A stretch of DNA of 32,000 bases from Candidatus Saccharimonadota bacterium (GTDB lineage Archaea; Nanohalarchaeota; Nanosalinia; Nanosalinales; Nanosalinaceae): assembly GCA_001761425.1 (NCBI GenBank), contig CP012986.1:360001-392000 (forward strand). The letters are read 5' to 3'. Numbering within the stretch: position 1 is the first letter of the stretch; each line of letters starts with the position of its first letter. Both the position numbers and the translations under genes were made by a program. This document shows positions 31,713 to 32,000 of this stretch, piece by piece. A model generated the notes under the pieces. That model did not search any database, was not told the origin of the DNA, and saw nothing but the letters and a program-made list of their open reading frames with translations.

Positions 31713-32000
31713 ATGGATAAAGAGAAACTGCGTGAAAAAGCTCTTTCGGACACTAAGGAGGAGCTAAGAAGCGAAGTTGACAGGGACAGGATTCTTGTCA
31801 AGGCGGTCAAACAGCTCGATCAGCTAAATGATAATATAAACACTGAAGTTGAGAGGTTGAGGGACTGGTATTCTCTGCATTTTCCTGAACTGGATGAAGA
31901 GATCAGCGACAACGAACATTTTGTCAAGATACTGTCCAGAGGTATCAACAGAAACGAATTAGAGGCCTTTTCCGATATGGCAGCTGCTTCGACAGGGATG
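31713..32000 (+). CDS. nop5: Nop5 (Nop56/58) C/D box sRNP core protein, 5' part; runs off the window
   Basis: The hand-translated frame is open to the window end: MDKEKLREKALSDTKEELRSEVDRDRILVKAVKQLDQLNDNINTEVERLRDWYSLHFPELDEEISDNEHFVKIL... It carries the RLR(E/D)WY..HFPEL signature of the Nop5 coiled-coil/Nop junction. It is absent from the ORF track because there is no stop in the window. Confidence 0.8.
   Translation, partial: MDKEKLREKALSDTKEELRSEVDRDRILVKAVKQLDQLNDNINTEVERLRDWYSLHFPELDEEISDNEHFVKILSRGINRNELEAFSDMAAASTGM

Noticed and set aside
1-32000. CRISPR arrays, IS elements or transposases, rRNA, toxin-antitoxin or recognisable defence genes
   Set aside because: I looked for regularly spaced direct repeats, long terminal inverted repeats, DDE or integrase-like ORFs and rRNA-like conserved blocks and found none. 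The only nucleotide-level repeats are the AGGCCT word, the 42-nt GT tract and the 11-nt inverted repeat, all reported above.

Overview
Compact (about 90% coding) archaeal chromosomal window, mid-40s %GC by eye. The predicted proteome is strongly acidic, which suggests a salt-in halophile. A small-genome DPANN or nanohaloarchaeon-like organism is my guess, but it cannot be shown from this window. No database search was possible, so all family names come from motif recognition.

Contents, left to right:
1. A type IV pilus-like locus. It has an overlapping, co-directional operon of class III signal-peptide (pilin-like) genes, including a 930-aa protein with about 12 DxDxDG/FG-GAP-like blades. This operon converges on a candidate major pilin and two separate T2SSF (TadB/TadC-like) platform genes.
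2. The conserved archaeal cluster S19e, PDCD5-like DNA-binding protein, L39e (57 aa, missed by the ORF track) and aIF6.
3. thrS, a Yip1-like membrane protein and aTrm56.
4. A 3.2-kb array of five paralogous 4-TM proteins interleaved with two paralogous acidic soluble proteins, one of which has an internal domain duplication. I cannot assign either family. This is my top candidate for an undescribed system.
5. RNase Z and aTrm11.
6. A glycan-biosynthesis island: a flippase-like LPG_synthase_TM protein, three paralogous GT-B glycosyltransferases, an FkbM methyltransferase and a clear homolog of plant-type reversibly glycosylated polypeptide / UDP-arabinopyranose mutase (GT75).
7. A DUF2070-like membrane protein, a DUF59 Fe-S assembly protein, an HD hydrolase, a possibly frameshifted secreted protein, a DUF892 ferritin-like protein, tRNA-Gly(GCC) and the 5' part of Nop5.

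At the sequence level, the palindromic hexamer AGGCCT occurs about 125-130 times by hand count, against about 6 expected. It appears in all codon phases, on both strands and in intergenic DNA. Most genes have an A/T-rich TATA-like element 24-30 nt upstream of the start codon, which implies leaderless transcripts. No CRISPR array, IS element, integrase or rRNA was seen.
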